DNA from: an uncultured bacterium
GTDB lineage: Bacteria > Acidobacteriota > Aminicenantia > UBA2199
DNA: 64,000 nt
Assembly (NCBI GenBank): GCA_942492175.1
Contig: CALODR010000009.1
Span: forward strand, 168,964-232,963
Direction: 5' to 3'
Position 1 is the stretch's first letter. Each line of letters begins with the position of its first letter. Both the position numbers and the translations under genes were made by a program. Shown one piece after another: positions 9,327 to 18,851 of the stretch. The notes under the pieces are model-generated. The model saw only the letters and a program-made list of their open reading frames with translations, was not told the DNA's origin and did no database searches.

Positions 9327-9362
9327 TATATTTTTTTATAACAATCGGATATTATTCCCCTG

Positions 9363-9872
9363 ATGGACAGGGATGAATTACTGCAGAATTATTATCAGAA
9401 AATATACAAACTTGCCCTTTATCAGCTTAAGGATGAACAGGAGGCAAAGGACCTTACCCATGATATATTCTTTAAGGTTTTAAATTCCCTGGGCACATTT
9501 CAAAATAAATCCGATATATATACCTGGATATACAGGATTGCACTTAATACTATAAATAATTACCTTAGAAGGAAAAAGATCGTTAAATTTATTTCTTTTG
9601 AGGATGACCTGAGGGATTCATCGAAATTTTTATCTGATCCCGGAGATGACCCTGCCGAGAAAAATGAAGCGGATCAGGAAAAGGCCCTGAAGTTAAAAAA
9701 ACTTGAAGTGGCAATGGATAAATTATCCGAACGTGAAAGAACAGCTTTTTATTTTTTCCATTTTGAAAAAATAAAGCAGAAGAAGATTGCCGAATTAATG
9801 GATACAAGCATTTCGGCAGTTGAATCTCTAATATTTAAATCCATGAAAAAAATAAGGAAATATATAGCATGA
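9363..9872 (+). CDS. ECF-type RNA polymerase sigma-70 factor (sigma-24 family)
   Basis: Region 2 (DLTHDIFFKV..., YTWIYRIALN) and a region-4 helix-turn-helix (KIAELMDTSISAVESLIFKSMKKIR). Confidence 0.75.
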   Translation: MDRDELLQNYYQKIYKLALYQLKDEQEAKDLTHDIFFKVLNSLGTFQNKSDIYTWIYRIALNTINNYLRRKKIVKFISFEDDLRDSSKFLSDPGDDPAEKNEADQEKALKLKKLEVAMDKLSERERTAFYFFHFEKIKQKKIAELMDTSISAVESLIFKSMKKIRKYIA

Positions 9873-9911
9873 TTTATAAAGTCTTAGTGTCTAAATTAGA
9901 GGAGAAGTAAG

Positions 9912-10229
9912 ATGGAATTTAATGAAGAGTTAAGAACAATCTCAGAAGATTATAATAACCTGATAGAGGATCTGGTCCCCCACTCTATCCCTCCGTCTTC
10001 TTTGCTGATGCAGAAAAGAGTTAGCGGGGAAAGGTTTTATCTTAAAGTGGGACGGTTAGGCATGGCCTATTTACTTCTCATATTTGTTTTTGCGTCTGCA
10101 AGTATGTTCTTGATAAATACTTTTAAAACTGATGAGATTCCAAGAAGAGATCAGCTACTGAATGCTGCGGTTTTTTCGGTTGAGAGTCCGGGAAGTATTG
10201 TTACTGCTTTCAGGGAGGCTGTCAGATGA
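9912..10229 (+). CDS. Putative anti-sigma factor (single-pass membrane protein)
   Basis: Small ORF directly after the ECF sigma with one transmembrane segment (MAYLLLIFVFASASMFLI). Assignment is by position only. Confidence 0.3.
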   Translation: MEFNEELRTISEDYNNLIEDLVPHSIPPSSLLMQKRVSGERFYLKVGRLGMAYLLLIFVFASASMFLINTFKTDEIPRRDQLLNAAVFSVESPGSIVTAFREAVR

Positions 10230-10666
10230 AACGTAAATTATTCTTTTTGTTTTTCCTCTTCTCATTTATATTTAATATAGTATTTATTCTTCACCTCAGA
10301 TCTGACAGACATACTGACAATAAAAAGCTCCCGGCATTTCACTTAAATGATTTTCAGAAAAAAAAGATAAATGAGGAATCATCCGAAATTATCAATGACA
10401 ATATTAAGCTTGAAAATGAATTGGCGAAATGCAGACAGGATCTCTATAACCTGCTGAATTCGGAAGACAACGACAAAGTAAAAATAGAAGAGTGTATCAA
10501 TACCATCAGTAATATTCAAAAAAAAATACAATTGAATACGATAGATCAATTATTGATCTACAAAAAACATATGGATAAGGAACAATGTAAATGTTTTCTT
10601 AAAGAGTTCGGAAAAAACATGAATGTTCACCATAAATGTGATGAGAACTGCAGATGTAATAAATAG
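10226..10666 (+). CDS. Periplasmic Spy/CpxP/ZraP-like (LTxxQ-type) stress protein with a Cys/His-rich C-terminus
   Basis: Signal peptide; LNDFQ motif; coiled-coil; C-terminal CKC...HHKCDENCRCNK. Its start overlaps the upstream stop (ATGA), suggesting translational coupling. Confidence 0.35.
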   Translation: MKRKLFFLFFLFSFIFNIVFILHLRSDRHTDNKKLPAFHLNDFQKKKINEESSEIINDNIKLENELAKCRQDLYNLLNSEDNDKVKIEECINTISNIQKKIQLNTIDQLLIYKKHMDKEQCKCFLKEFGKNMNVHHKCDENCRCNK

Positions 10667-10670
10667 GTTA

Positions 10671-11066
10671 CTAAAGTTTTTCCCAGATCTTCCTGATATA
10701 ACCTCCGGTCTCTTCTATTACCGGTGCCATTTTTGACAGTGGTGCAAGTCCGATGTCAGGAATGATCTTCATTATGGAAACATGTCCGATCTTTACTTTT
10801 TCGTCCTCTTCATAAACTACAAAACTGCAGGGGAATAAAAACCCTGACATTTTCGATACATTAAGAGCTGCTTTGGCGAGCTCAGGTTTGCATGCGAGAA
10901 TTATTGTATATCTCGAAAAATCTTTTACTCCGAGTTTGCTTTTTATTACCTCATCAATGTTCTTGGACGCCATTAGTGCAAATCCTTCGGCATTGAGTAA
11001 TTCTTCGATCAGTTTAACGGTATCATTAAAATTTATTTTTGATTCTTTTATCATGGGTTCGACCAT
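10671..11066 (-). CDS. DUF302-family protein
   Basis: 131 aa with a DUF302-like profile (FALMASKNIDEVIKSKLG..., TIILACKPELAKAAL). Weak recognition. Confidence 0.35.
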   Translation of the reverse strand: MVEPMIKESKINFNDTVKLIEELLNAEGFALMASKNIDEVIKSKLGVKDFSRYTIILACKPELAKAALNVSKMSGFLFPCSFVVYEEDEKVKIGHVSIMKIIPDIGLAPLSKMAPVIEETGGYIRKIWEKL

Positions 11067-11207
11067 ATTTCCTCCTGTTATAATTAATGATAAATTTTTA
11101 AGTAATAAATTTCAATATTAAATCTCATTGCATCTTTACTTGAAATGATGCGGTTTATTTAATAAAATATTCAGAACTTCCCGACGGGATTCAAAAGGAG
11201 AGCGAAA

Positions 11208-12593
11208 ATGGACGTTCTTAGAGACATTTACAAAGACTTTAAGCCTTATATAGGTAAAACAGTAGAAATTTCAGGATGGGTCCGGAGCTTAAGGGTCTCT
11301 AAGAATTTTGGATTTATTGTCCTTTATGACGGAACCCATTTCAGAACCATTCAGGTTGTTTTTGAAGAAGATCTCAAAAACTTTAAAGAACTTTCGAAAG
11401 TAACAATCGGTTCATCCTTGAAAGTAAACGGGACAATAGTTGAATCTCCGGGAGCAAATCAGGATTTCGAATTAAAGGCCTCCTCAGTAAAAATTCTGAA
11501 CATTGCAGATCACGATTTTCCGATCCAGAAAAAGAGACATACACTGGAGTTCCTGAGAACGATAGCACACCTCAGGCCAAGGACAAATACATTTGCTGCT
11601 GTTTTCAGGATAAGGAGCCTTCTTGCATTTGCCATTCATAAATTCTTTGTAGAGAAAGGATTTGTATATGTTCACACACCGATAATTACCGGAAGTGATG
11701 CAGAAGGTGCCGGTGAGATGTTCAAAGTGACTACTCTCGACCTACGGGACATACCGCGCAATGAGGATAAGGAGATCGATTATTCTAAAGATTTTTTCGG
11801 GAAGGAGGCAAATCTCACAGTTTCAGGTCAGCTTGCCGTTGAGAATTTCTTGTGGGCATACAGGAATGTATATACATTCGGACCGACTTTCAGAGCAGAG
11901 AATTCAAATACTCAGAGACATGCATCAGAATTCTGGATGATTGAGCCGGAGATGGCATTTGCTGATATTAACGACAATATGAATATTGCTCAGGAAATGA
12001 TAAAAAGTATTTTCAGTTATATCCTGGAGAATGCTCCTGAAGAGATGGCATTCTTTGAAAAATTCATTGAGCCGGGAGTAATTAATAAGGTGACTAAGAT
12101 TGTTGAATCTGAATTCAAGCGGATAACTTACACTGAAGCAATAGATATTCTTCTGAAATCCGGTGAAAAATTTGATTTCGCTGTGAAATGGGGGATCGAT
12201 CTGCAGACTGAGCATGAGAGATATCTGACAGAGAAGCACTTTAATGCACCTGTTTTTGTTATTGACTATCCGAAAGAGATTAAAGCTTTTTATATGAAAC
12301 TTAACAAAGATGAAAAAACAGTTGCGGCAATGGACCTGCTTGTTCCGGGAGTCGGAGAGATAATCGGGGGGAGCCAGAGGGAAGAGAATCATGAGACCCT
12401 TAAAAAGAGGATCGATGAGATGGGTCTCAATGAAGAGGATTATTGGTGGTATCTCGATCTGAGAAGATTCGGCTCGGTTGTCCATTCCGGATTCGGCCTG
12501 GGATTTGAAAGGTTAATCATGTATCTGACCGGAATGAAAAATATACGTGACGTGATCCCTTTCCCGAGGACACCGAAAAACGCGGATTTTTAG
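11208..12593 (+). CDS. asnS: Asparagine--tRNA ligase (class IIb)
   Basis: N-terminal OB anticodon-binding domain; [24 protein letters not shown] (motif 2); GGSQREE...GFGLGFERL (motif 3). 461 aa. Confidence 0.8.
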   Translation: MDVLRDIYKDFKPYIGKTVEISGWVRSLRVSKNFGFIVLYDGTHFRTIQVVFEEDLKNFKELSKVTIGSSLKVNGTIVESPGANQDFELKASSVKILNIADHDFPIQKKRHTLEFLRTIAHLRPRTNTFAAVFRIRSLLAFAIHKFFVEKGFVYVHTPIITGSDAEGAGEMFKVTTLDLRDIPRNEDKEIDYSKDFFGKEANLTVSGQLAVENFLWAYRNVYTFGPTFRAENSNTQRHASEFWMIEPEMAFADINDNMNIAQEMIKSIFSYILENAPEEMAFFEKFIEPGVINKVTKIVESEFKRITYTEAIDILLKSGEKFDFAVKWGIDLQTEHERYLTEKHFNAPVFVIDYPKEIKAFYMKLNKDEKTVAAMDLLVPGVGEIIGGSQREENHETLKKRIDEMGLNEEDYWWYLDLRRFGSVVHSGFGLGFERLIMYLTGMKNIRDVIPFPRTPKNADF

Positions 12594-13972
12594 CGGATAA
12601 TTATAACTTCAGGTTTTATATTTCTTAGAGATTTTTTTATTGTTTCAGCGTCTCCGAAAATAACTATTATCCCCTTCTTCCTGTTTCTGTTGGATATATA
12701 TTTCCCTGATGGATCTGAGAGTATTTTTGTGAAATTTGTATAACTAAGCTCTTTCAGAAGTTTCTCCTGACTGTTTCTGGTCAGGATATTTGAGGAGCTT
12801 TTGAAAGAGTGGGTGATCAGGTCACTTGCTTTTTGAGAATAATCGTCCAAATCGATTTTTCCCTTATGAAAAACAAAGTTGTAGTTATCAAGGTATTCTT
12901 TCCTGTTTATCCTTCCGACTCCAAGTTTACTGATATTGTTATCGGCGATAAAAATAAACTTTTCTATATCTTTGTAACTTATCCTTATTTTTCTGCAGAC
13001 TATTGAAATATTTCTGTGGTGATGGATCTTTGATGAGATATTAAAACCTTTGATCCCTGCGGCAGAAGCATTTCCTGATATTCTCCCGAGCGGGTATCCG
13101 AAAAGTAAATTGTTGACAACTCTGGCATGATAATGATCAATGTTACCGGAAGGGGGAATCGGGTCTATCCAGTAGATGTTGGGAGTATTGTTTGTTCCGT
13201 CATCCACTATTACAACTTTTCTGTCTGAATTGTATCTGTCATAATTGAATTTCTGGTAGCTCGGCTTAAGGTTTTTGAAGTTTCTAAATGCTTTCTCAAC
13301 TAAGCCAAATACAAAGTATGGTTTTATATCTCCGCGAACTGTAATATATGAGTTTGGAAGCGTGTAATTGTATTTATAAAAGGACCTTATGTGAGAAAGA
13401 TTCAGACTTCCGGGATTTCTATTTGTGACGAGAAATTGTCCCGGGTGGTCCTGATTGAACATTTTGCTGAAGGCTATCTGGGCTGCAATAATTTTTTTCC
13501 ATTCATCATTTCTTTTAAATAAATCCCAAAAATTCTTAGTGCTGTAATTAAATTTTTTAAGAGAGAAGGCTCTGTAACTGAATAATCCCTTTAGAAAACT
13601 TACGAACAGATTGGTGTCAGCAGAGAGAAAGTTAAGCTTGATTATAAAATGGTCGATATTGTATTCAATCTTGTAATCGTTTCCCATTTTGAATAAAGTA
13701 TTAAGAATCCCGGATTGGGGGTCATTGATCTCGTCATCAAATATATTCATAAGTGTGAGGTAAGGGACAGTGGGATCTTTGATCTCAGAATAATAGACCA
13801 CTATCTCTGCGTGATTGAACAGCATCGAACTGTCTTTTACGAGGTTAATCCTCAGCCCTTTTGAATTGGTCTGTTCCAGTGATTGTCCTAAAGTGTAAGA
13901 AGGTAGAAAACTGGTGATAATTAAAATTGATATAATTATCAACCCGGTATCGAACTTATTTTGAAAAAACAT
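12590..13972 (-). CDS. M16-family (pitrilysin-like) protein with no HxxEH zinc motif
   Basis: M16-like fold features, but the HxxEH position reads [10 protein letters not shown]. Overlaps the upstream paralog by 17 nt. Confidence 0.4.
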   Translation of the reverse strand: MFFQNKFDTGLIIISILIITSFLPSYTLGQSLEQTNSKGLRINLVKDSSMLFNHAEIVVYYSEIKDPTVPYLTLMNIFDDEINDPQSGILNTLFKMGNDYKIEYNIDHFIIKLNFLSADTNLFVSFLKGLFSYRAFSLKKFNYSTKNFWDLFKRNDEWKKIIAAQIAFSKMFNQDHPGQFLVTNRNPGSLNLSHIRSFYKYNYTLPNSYITVRGDIKPYFVFGLVEKAFRNFKNLKPSYQKFNYDRYNSDRKVVIVDDGTNNTPNIYWIDPIPPSGNIDHYHARVVNNLLFGYPLGRISGNASAAGIKGFNISSKIHHHRNISIVCRKIRISYKDIEKFIFIADNNISKLGVGRINRKEYLDNYNFVFHKGKIDLDDYSQKASDLITHSFKSSSNILTRNSQEKLLKELSYTNFTKILSDPSGKYISNRNRKKGIIVIFGDAETIKKSLRNIKPEVIIIR

Positions 13973-15257
13973 TCAGAATTACCATATTCTCCTTTTTAAG
14001 ATATTTTTTACTTATCCTGACTATATCAAAAGAATTGATTTTTTTTACCCTTTTAAGATACATGTTCCCGTAATCCAGATTACCTGACATATGATAGTTT
14101 TCTGCCAGGATCAGACTCCTGGTTTCCGGTTTTCTCAGGCTTTTCAAAAAATCTATCTCCATAAGTGATTTTATACTTTTTAGTTCTGATGCTGTCAGCC
14201 TGTCAGTCATAAGCATATCGAACAATCTCCTGATATAGAATCTGACTCTCTCAAGTTCGGCTCTTTTTACTGAAGAGACTTTTATTATGAGGGAATTAGC
14301 CCCAATATTGTCAGAGAAATCGTAAGAAAGATTTACGTCCATTTTCAGACTGCTTTTAATGATCCTTTCCAATTTAGATATTCTCTCGTCCACAAGGTAA
14401 TAAACAAGGAGCTTGAAATATGTATAGTCCAGGCTCAATTTAGACGGAGCTCTCAATCCTATCAGTATAAAATTTTCCGGGATTACTTCTCTCATCCAAT
14501 TTTGATATTTATATCCCTCACTAATGGATACGGCTACAGGATTTTTTAAAGGAATTGAGTTTGATTCGAGGCCGCCGAAGTATCTCTCAACTTTTTCTCT
14601 GATATTCTCCTCATCAAATTTTCCCGAGATAACAAGAATTATATTTGAAGGGTTTGAAAAATATCTGTATAACCTTTTTATCCTCCCTGTGTCAAAAGTG
14701 TTGAGTTTTTCTAAGTCACCATAAAGGGGTGTACTATAAACTGAATCCCTGTACAATTCCTTTCTTACCCATTCACTTGAACGGAAGTAGATGCTGCGGT
14801 TAGTGAACCTGTAGATCCTGTCGTAAACTTTTTTTCTCTGACCGACTATTTTTGTGTCTGTCAGCTTGAGCCTTTGGAGCCTTTCACTCTCAAGCCATAG
14901 TGCATAATTAAGGTCTGAATCCGGGACTACCTGATAAAATACCGAGTTGTCATAATTAACCTTCCCGCTGCTTCTCCCTCCGTTCTTCATTATAAACCTT
15001 ACCCTTTCATAGGGGGATAGGTTATCTGTTTCCAGAAACATAAGGCTCTGATAAAGATATGATGCTCCCCGGATATCTGGCGGGTCATTAACCACACCGT
15101 TCTTATGATAGGTGAGGACGCATACAGAATTTGCCTTATCGTCCGGAGAAAGGAGAACAGTCAGTCCGTTAAGAAGTGTGAAATTACTTACCCTTATTGC
15201 CGAATGTATTGTTGTGAACACTAAGAGAAGCAAACTGAAGTGTATGAGTTTTCTCAC
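13956..15257 (-). CDS. M16-family (pitrilysin-like) protein, predicted non-catalytic (HxxEH replaced)
   Basis: Signal peptide; LLNGLTVLL..., NAxT-like and ALWLESERLQ segments fit the M16 N-domain; the zinc motif reads GASYLYQSLMF instead of HFLEHM. Confidence 0.5.
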   Translation of the reverse strand: MRKLIHFSLLLLVFTTIHSAIRVSNFTLLNGLTVLLSPDDKANSVCVLTYHKNGVVNDPPDIRGASYLYQSLMFLETDNLSPYERVRFIMKNGGRSSGKVNYDNSVFYQVVPDSDLNYALWLESERLQRLKLTDTKIVGQRKKVYDRIYRFTNRSIYFRSSEWVRKELYRDSVYSTPLYGDLEKLNTFDTGRIKRLYRYFSNPSNIILVISGKFDEENIREKVERYFGGLESNSIPLKNPVAVSISEGYKYQNWMREVIPENFILIGLRAPSKLSLDYTYFKLLVYYLVDERISKLERIIKSSLKMDVNLSYDFSDNIGANSLIIKVSSVKRAELERVRFYIRRLFDMLMTDRLTASELKSIKSLMEIDFLKSLRKPETRSLILAENYHMSGNLDYGNMYLKRVKKINSFDIVRISKKYLKKENMVILNVFSK

Positions 15258-15303
15258 TGGTTTATTTTAACGTTAGATGTATTAATAGTCAATAAAGGTC
15301 CTT

Positions 15304-16344
15304 TCAGTCTGAACTAATAAGATCTGCTATTGGTTTCAATATTTCAATATGGCTGAAGATTATTTTCAGTGCAGAGGTTAACGGTACTGCAAGTATCATT
15401 CCGATGATCCCCCAGATATATCCCCAGAATATTAATGAAAGCAATATTACTATAGGTGAAAGGTCCAGACTTTTTCCGGCGATTTTCGGTTCAAGTACAT
15501 TTCCAATGATCATCTGCGTGAGCATTAACCCTGCGAGGACAAAAAGTACTCTGAGGGAAAATCCGTATTTGATAAGCCCTGTTAATACCGGAAATGCAGT
15601 TGCTATGACCGAACCTATGTTGGGGATAAAATTAAGTACAAATATAAGAAGGACTGAGAAAAGGAGAAAATCAAAGCCTCCAAAATAGAGGATGAATCCG
15701 CTTATTACTGCAGTAAGGAGACTTATAACTGTTTTCAGGACAAGATAATGCTGGACCTGATTTTCGATGGATCTTAAAATGAACATCAATTCTTTTGCTT
15801 TCTCCTGTTTAAAAGCTTTGTTAACTCTTTTTACAAGCCCGTCTCTTCCTCCGAGCATGAAGATCAGGAATATCAGAATAAATATCAGATTTCCAATAAA
15901 GCTGGCAAAGGAGCCGAAAGTGGAAGAGATGAATGATGTCCCTTTCTCAACAATCTTTGTCCAGTCCAGTGTATTTATCTGATTCTGCACCTCTTCGAGA
16001 GGTATGTTGAGTTTTGATGTCAGATCTTTGAATATAGAAGATATTTTAGCACTATAGGAAGGGAACTGCTCAATGAAAGATGAGACACCTGTGAACATCA
16101 GCATTCCGAAAAAATATAATACAATAAAAATAAATATCAGCAGAAATGTAAGGACAATGACCTTCGGAATTCTGAAATAGATCAATCTGCTGACAACACC
16201 ATTAAATAAAAAGTAGAGAAGAAGGGACATGAAAAACGGGATAAAAATACTTTTTAGCTCCATCATCATTACGGCAAGAAAAACTGAAGCTATAAATCCC
16301 GTAAACAGTTTTATGCTGGCCTGATCACCAGCTTCCTGGTTCAT
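15304..16344 (-). CDS. AI-2E family transporter (PerM/YhhT, UPF0118)
   Basis: Eight-helix membrane protein with the conserved C-terminal segment LSPIVILLSLIFWGYIWGIIGMILAVPLTS. Confidence 0.7.
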   Translation of the reverse strand: MNQEAGDQASIKLFTGFIASVFLAVMMMELKSIFIPFFMSLLLYFLFNGVVSRLIYFRIPKVIVLTFLLIFIFIVLYFFGMLMFTGVSSFIEQFPSYSAKISSIFKDLTSKLNIPLEEVQNQINTLDWTKIVEKGTSFISSTFGSFASFIGNLIFILIFLIFMLGGRDGLVKRVNKAFKQEKAKELMFILRSIENQVQHYLVLKTVISLLTAVISGFILYFGGFDFLLFSVLLIFVLNFIPNIGSVIATAFPVLTGLIKYGFSLRVLFVLAGLMLTQMIIGNVLEPKIAGKSLDLSPIVILLSLIFWGYIWGIIGMILAVPLTSALKIIFSHIEILKPIADLISSD

Positions 16345-16352
16345 ATCTTTAT

Positions 16353-16736
16353 TTATTTGTAGCTGGGCATCGATTTGTCTACCCGCACCCGTTTAACCTT
16401 TTTTGTAAATATGAGGTTTGTTTCAATAGAATATTCGAAATAGTAGGAGAGGGTTTTCTTATCTGCATCAATAGTTACTACGATCTTATCCTCTTCAGCT
16501 TCACCAAATATTATATCTTTCTGTTTAGAGAGGATATCGTAAATATAATCTTCAGCTTCACTTTCGGAAAGAGAATATCTCCTCTCTCTTCCCAACCTGT
16601 CCGTTACTTTCTTTTCAATTTCGCCTTCAGTGATTTTTGCAGTTATGATCTGAATGGCAGCGAAAGCAGCATAAATAATCAAAATTATTACAATAATGCC
16701 TGTAATTGTGAGTTTTCCCTGATTTTTTCTACTCAT
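16353..16736 (-). CDS. Hypothetical membrane-anchored protein
   Basis: N-terminal transmembrane helix followed by a charged domain. No family recognised. Confidence 0.3.
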   Translation of the reverse strand: MSRKNQGKLTITGIIVIILIIYAAFAAIQIITAKITEGEIEKKVTDRLGRERRYSLSESEAEDYIYDILSKQKDIIFGEAEEDKIVVTIDADKKTLSYYFEYSIETNLIFTKKVKRVRVDKSMPSYK

Positions 16737-16807
16737 TATCCCTCCTGTTTATTTCTCGACACTTTGATTATATCATTTTGGGATTTTTAATACCTATATT
16801 GTACAGC

Positions 16808-17677
16808 CTAAGATAGAATTTTTTTAACCATATCTCCAATATCAGCAGGATTTTCAACTACGTGAATGCCGTTTTCACTCAATGTTCTCATTTTTTCCTT
16901 AGCGGTACCTTTCCCTCCTGATATAATCGCTCCAGCGTGGCCCATTCGCCTACCCGGAGGTGCAGTTTGTCCGGAAATAAATGAGATTACCGGCTTGTTA
17001 AATTCTTTACTTATATATTCAGCCGCATCTTCTTCCATATTTCCGCCAATCTCTCCTATCATAACAACCGCATCAGTTTCGTCATCTTCTTTGAACAGTT
17101 TCAGAATATCAATGAAATTTGATCCGATGATCGGATCACCGCCGATCCCTACTGCAGTGGATTGTCCCATTCCGATCTTGGTGATCTGATTTACCGCTTC
17201 ATAAGTGAGGGTTCCTGATCTGGATACTATCCCTATCTTCCCCTTCTTATGGATGTTTGCCGGCATTATTCCCACTTTTGATTCACCGGGAGATATAACA
17301 CCGGGGCAATTCGGCCCTACCAGTTTTGAAGATGTTGTCCTGATAAAGTTCTTGACCCTAATCATATCTACGGCAGGGATCCCTTCTGTTATACAGATTA
17401 TTAGGTCGACACCAGCGCTGGCAGCCTCAAGTATTGCATCCGCAGCAAAGGGAGGCGGAACGAAAATAGCCGAGACATTTGCTCCTGTTGCTTTTACAGC
17501 TTCCGCAACAGTATTAAAAACAGGTATTTCCATGTGAGTGGTTCCCCCCTTACCGGGTGTAACTCCTGCCACTACCTTGGTGCCGTATTCTATCATCTGT
17601 CCCGAATGGAAACTCCCCTCTTTTCCTGTAAATCCCTGTACTACAATTTTTGAGTTCTTATTAAGTAAAATAGCCAT
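16808..17677 (-). CDS. sucD: Succinate--CoA ligase subunit alpha
   Basis: Canonical SucD: [10 protein letters not shown] at the N-terminus, the catalytic-His loop (RMGHAGAII), and CoA-binding and ligase-CoA domains. Confidence 0.9.
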   Translation of the reverse strand: MAILLNKNSKIVVQGFTGKEGSFHSGQMIEYGTKVVAGVTPGKGGTTHMEIPVFNTVAEAVKATGANVSAIFVPPPFAADAILEAASAGVDLIICITEGIPAVDMIRVKNFIRTTSSKLVGPNCPGVISPGESKVGIMPANIHKKGKIGIVSRSGTLTYEAVNQITKIGMGQSTAVGIGGDPIIGSNFIDILKLFKEDDETDAVVMIGEIGGNMEEDAAEYISKEFNKPVISFISGQTAPPGRRMGHAGAIISGGKGTAKEKMRTLSENGIHVVENPADIGDMVKKILS

Positions 17678-17678
17678 T

Positions 17679-18842
17679 TCAATTACCTCTCAACACTTCG
17701 ACAACTTTTTTTGCCGCAACAGGGAGGCTTGTTTCAGCGATAAAATTCATTTCTGAATTTTCTATGATCTTTCTCCCTTCCTCTTCATTAGTCCCGACGA
17801 GCCTTATTACTATCGGAATTTTGAGTTCAACATCGCGCAGGGCATTTACTATTCCGTTAGCAACAAGGTCTGTCCTGACAATTCCGCCGAAAATATTTAC
17901 AAAAACAGCTTTAACGTTTGAGTCGGATAAAAGAATGTTGAATGCCTCTTTGACCCTTTCTTCAGAAGTTCCGCCACCGACATCAAGGAAGTTTGCAGGT
18001 TCCCCTCCGTAAAATTTTATAATATCCATTGTTGCCATTGCCAAGCCTGCTCCGTTTACCATGCATCCGATGTTACCGTCAAGTTTAATATAGTTTAGAT
18101 CAAACTTTGATGCCTCAACTTCGAGAGGATCCTCCTCGTCAATGTCTCTCATTTCCAGAACATCCGGATTTCTGTAGAGTCCGTTATCGTCAAAATTAAT
18201 CTTGCCGTCGAGGGCAATCACTTCATCAGTATCAGTTATTATAAGAGGATTGATCTCCACAAGAGATCCATCTTTTTCGATAAACAGCTTATACAAATTA
18301 AAGAGAAGTTTTGTGAAGTTTTTCTGCTGGACCTTGTTGAGACCTAGGCTGAAAGATAATTCTCTTGCATGAAATGGGGATATTCCGGTTACCGGGTGAA
18401 TATGCACTTTGTGTATCAGCTCCGGAGTTTTCTCAGCGACCTCTTCAATTTCCATTCCGCCTTCAGTTGATGCAATTATTACCGGCATCTCTTTTTCTCT
18501 GTCAATAATTATAGCCAGATAAAGCTCATTTACTATATTAAGGCCCTGTTCAACAAGGATCTTTCTTACCAATTGCCCCTCCGGGCCGGTCTGTTTGCTA
18601 ACCAGATTCATACCCAGGATCGATTTTATATGATCTTTGGCTTCTTCCATATTCCGGGCTAATTTGACCCCTCCGGCTTTTCCTCTCCCTCCGGCATGTA
18701 CCTGGGCTTTAATAACACATGGGAACCCAAGTTTCTTTACTATTGTCATAGCGGATTCTTTTTCTTCCGCCATGTAACCCTCGGGAACAGGAATTGAATA
18801 TTTCCGGAAAAGGCTTTTTGCCTGGTATTCGTGTATCTTCAT
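17679..18842 (-). CDS. sucC: Succinate--CoA ligase [ADP-forming] subunit beta
   Basis: [15 protein letters not shown]...; ATP-grasp and ligase-CoA domains; 2 nt upstream of sucD. Confidence 0.9.
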   Translation of the reverse strand: MKIHEYQAKSLFRKYSIPVPEGYMAEEKESAMTIVKKLGFPCVIKAQVHAGGRGKAGGVKLARNMEEAKDHIKSILGMNLVSKQTGPEGQLVRKILVEQGLNIVNELYLAIIIDREKEMPVIIASTEGGMEIEEVAEKTPELIHKVHIHPVTGISPFHARELSFSLGLNKVQQKNFTKLLFNLYKLFIEKDGSLVEINPLIITDTDEVIALDGKINFDDNGLYRNPDVLEMRDIDEEDPLEVEASKFDLNYIKLDGNIGCMVNGAGLAMATMDIIKFYGGEPANFLDVGGGTSEERVKEAFNILLSDSNVKAVFVNIFGGIVRTDLVANGIVNALRDVELKIPIVIRLVGTNEEEGRKIIENSEMNFIAETSLPVAAKKVVEVLRGN

Positions 18843-18851
18843 TATTATCCC

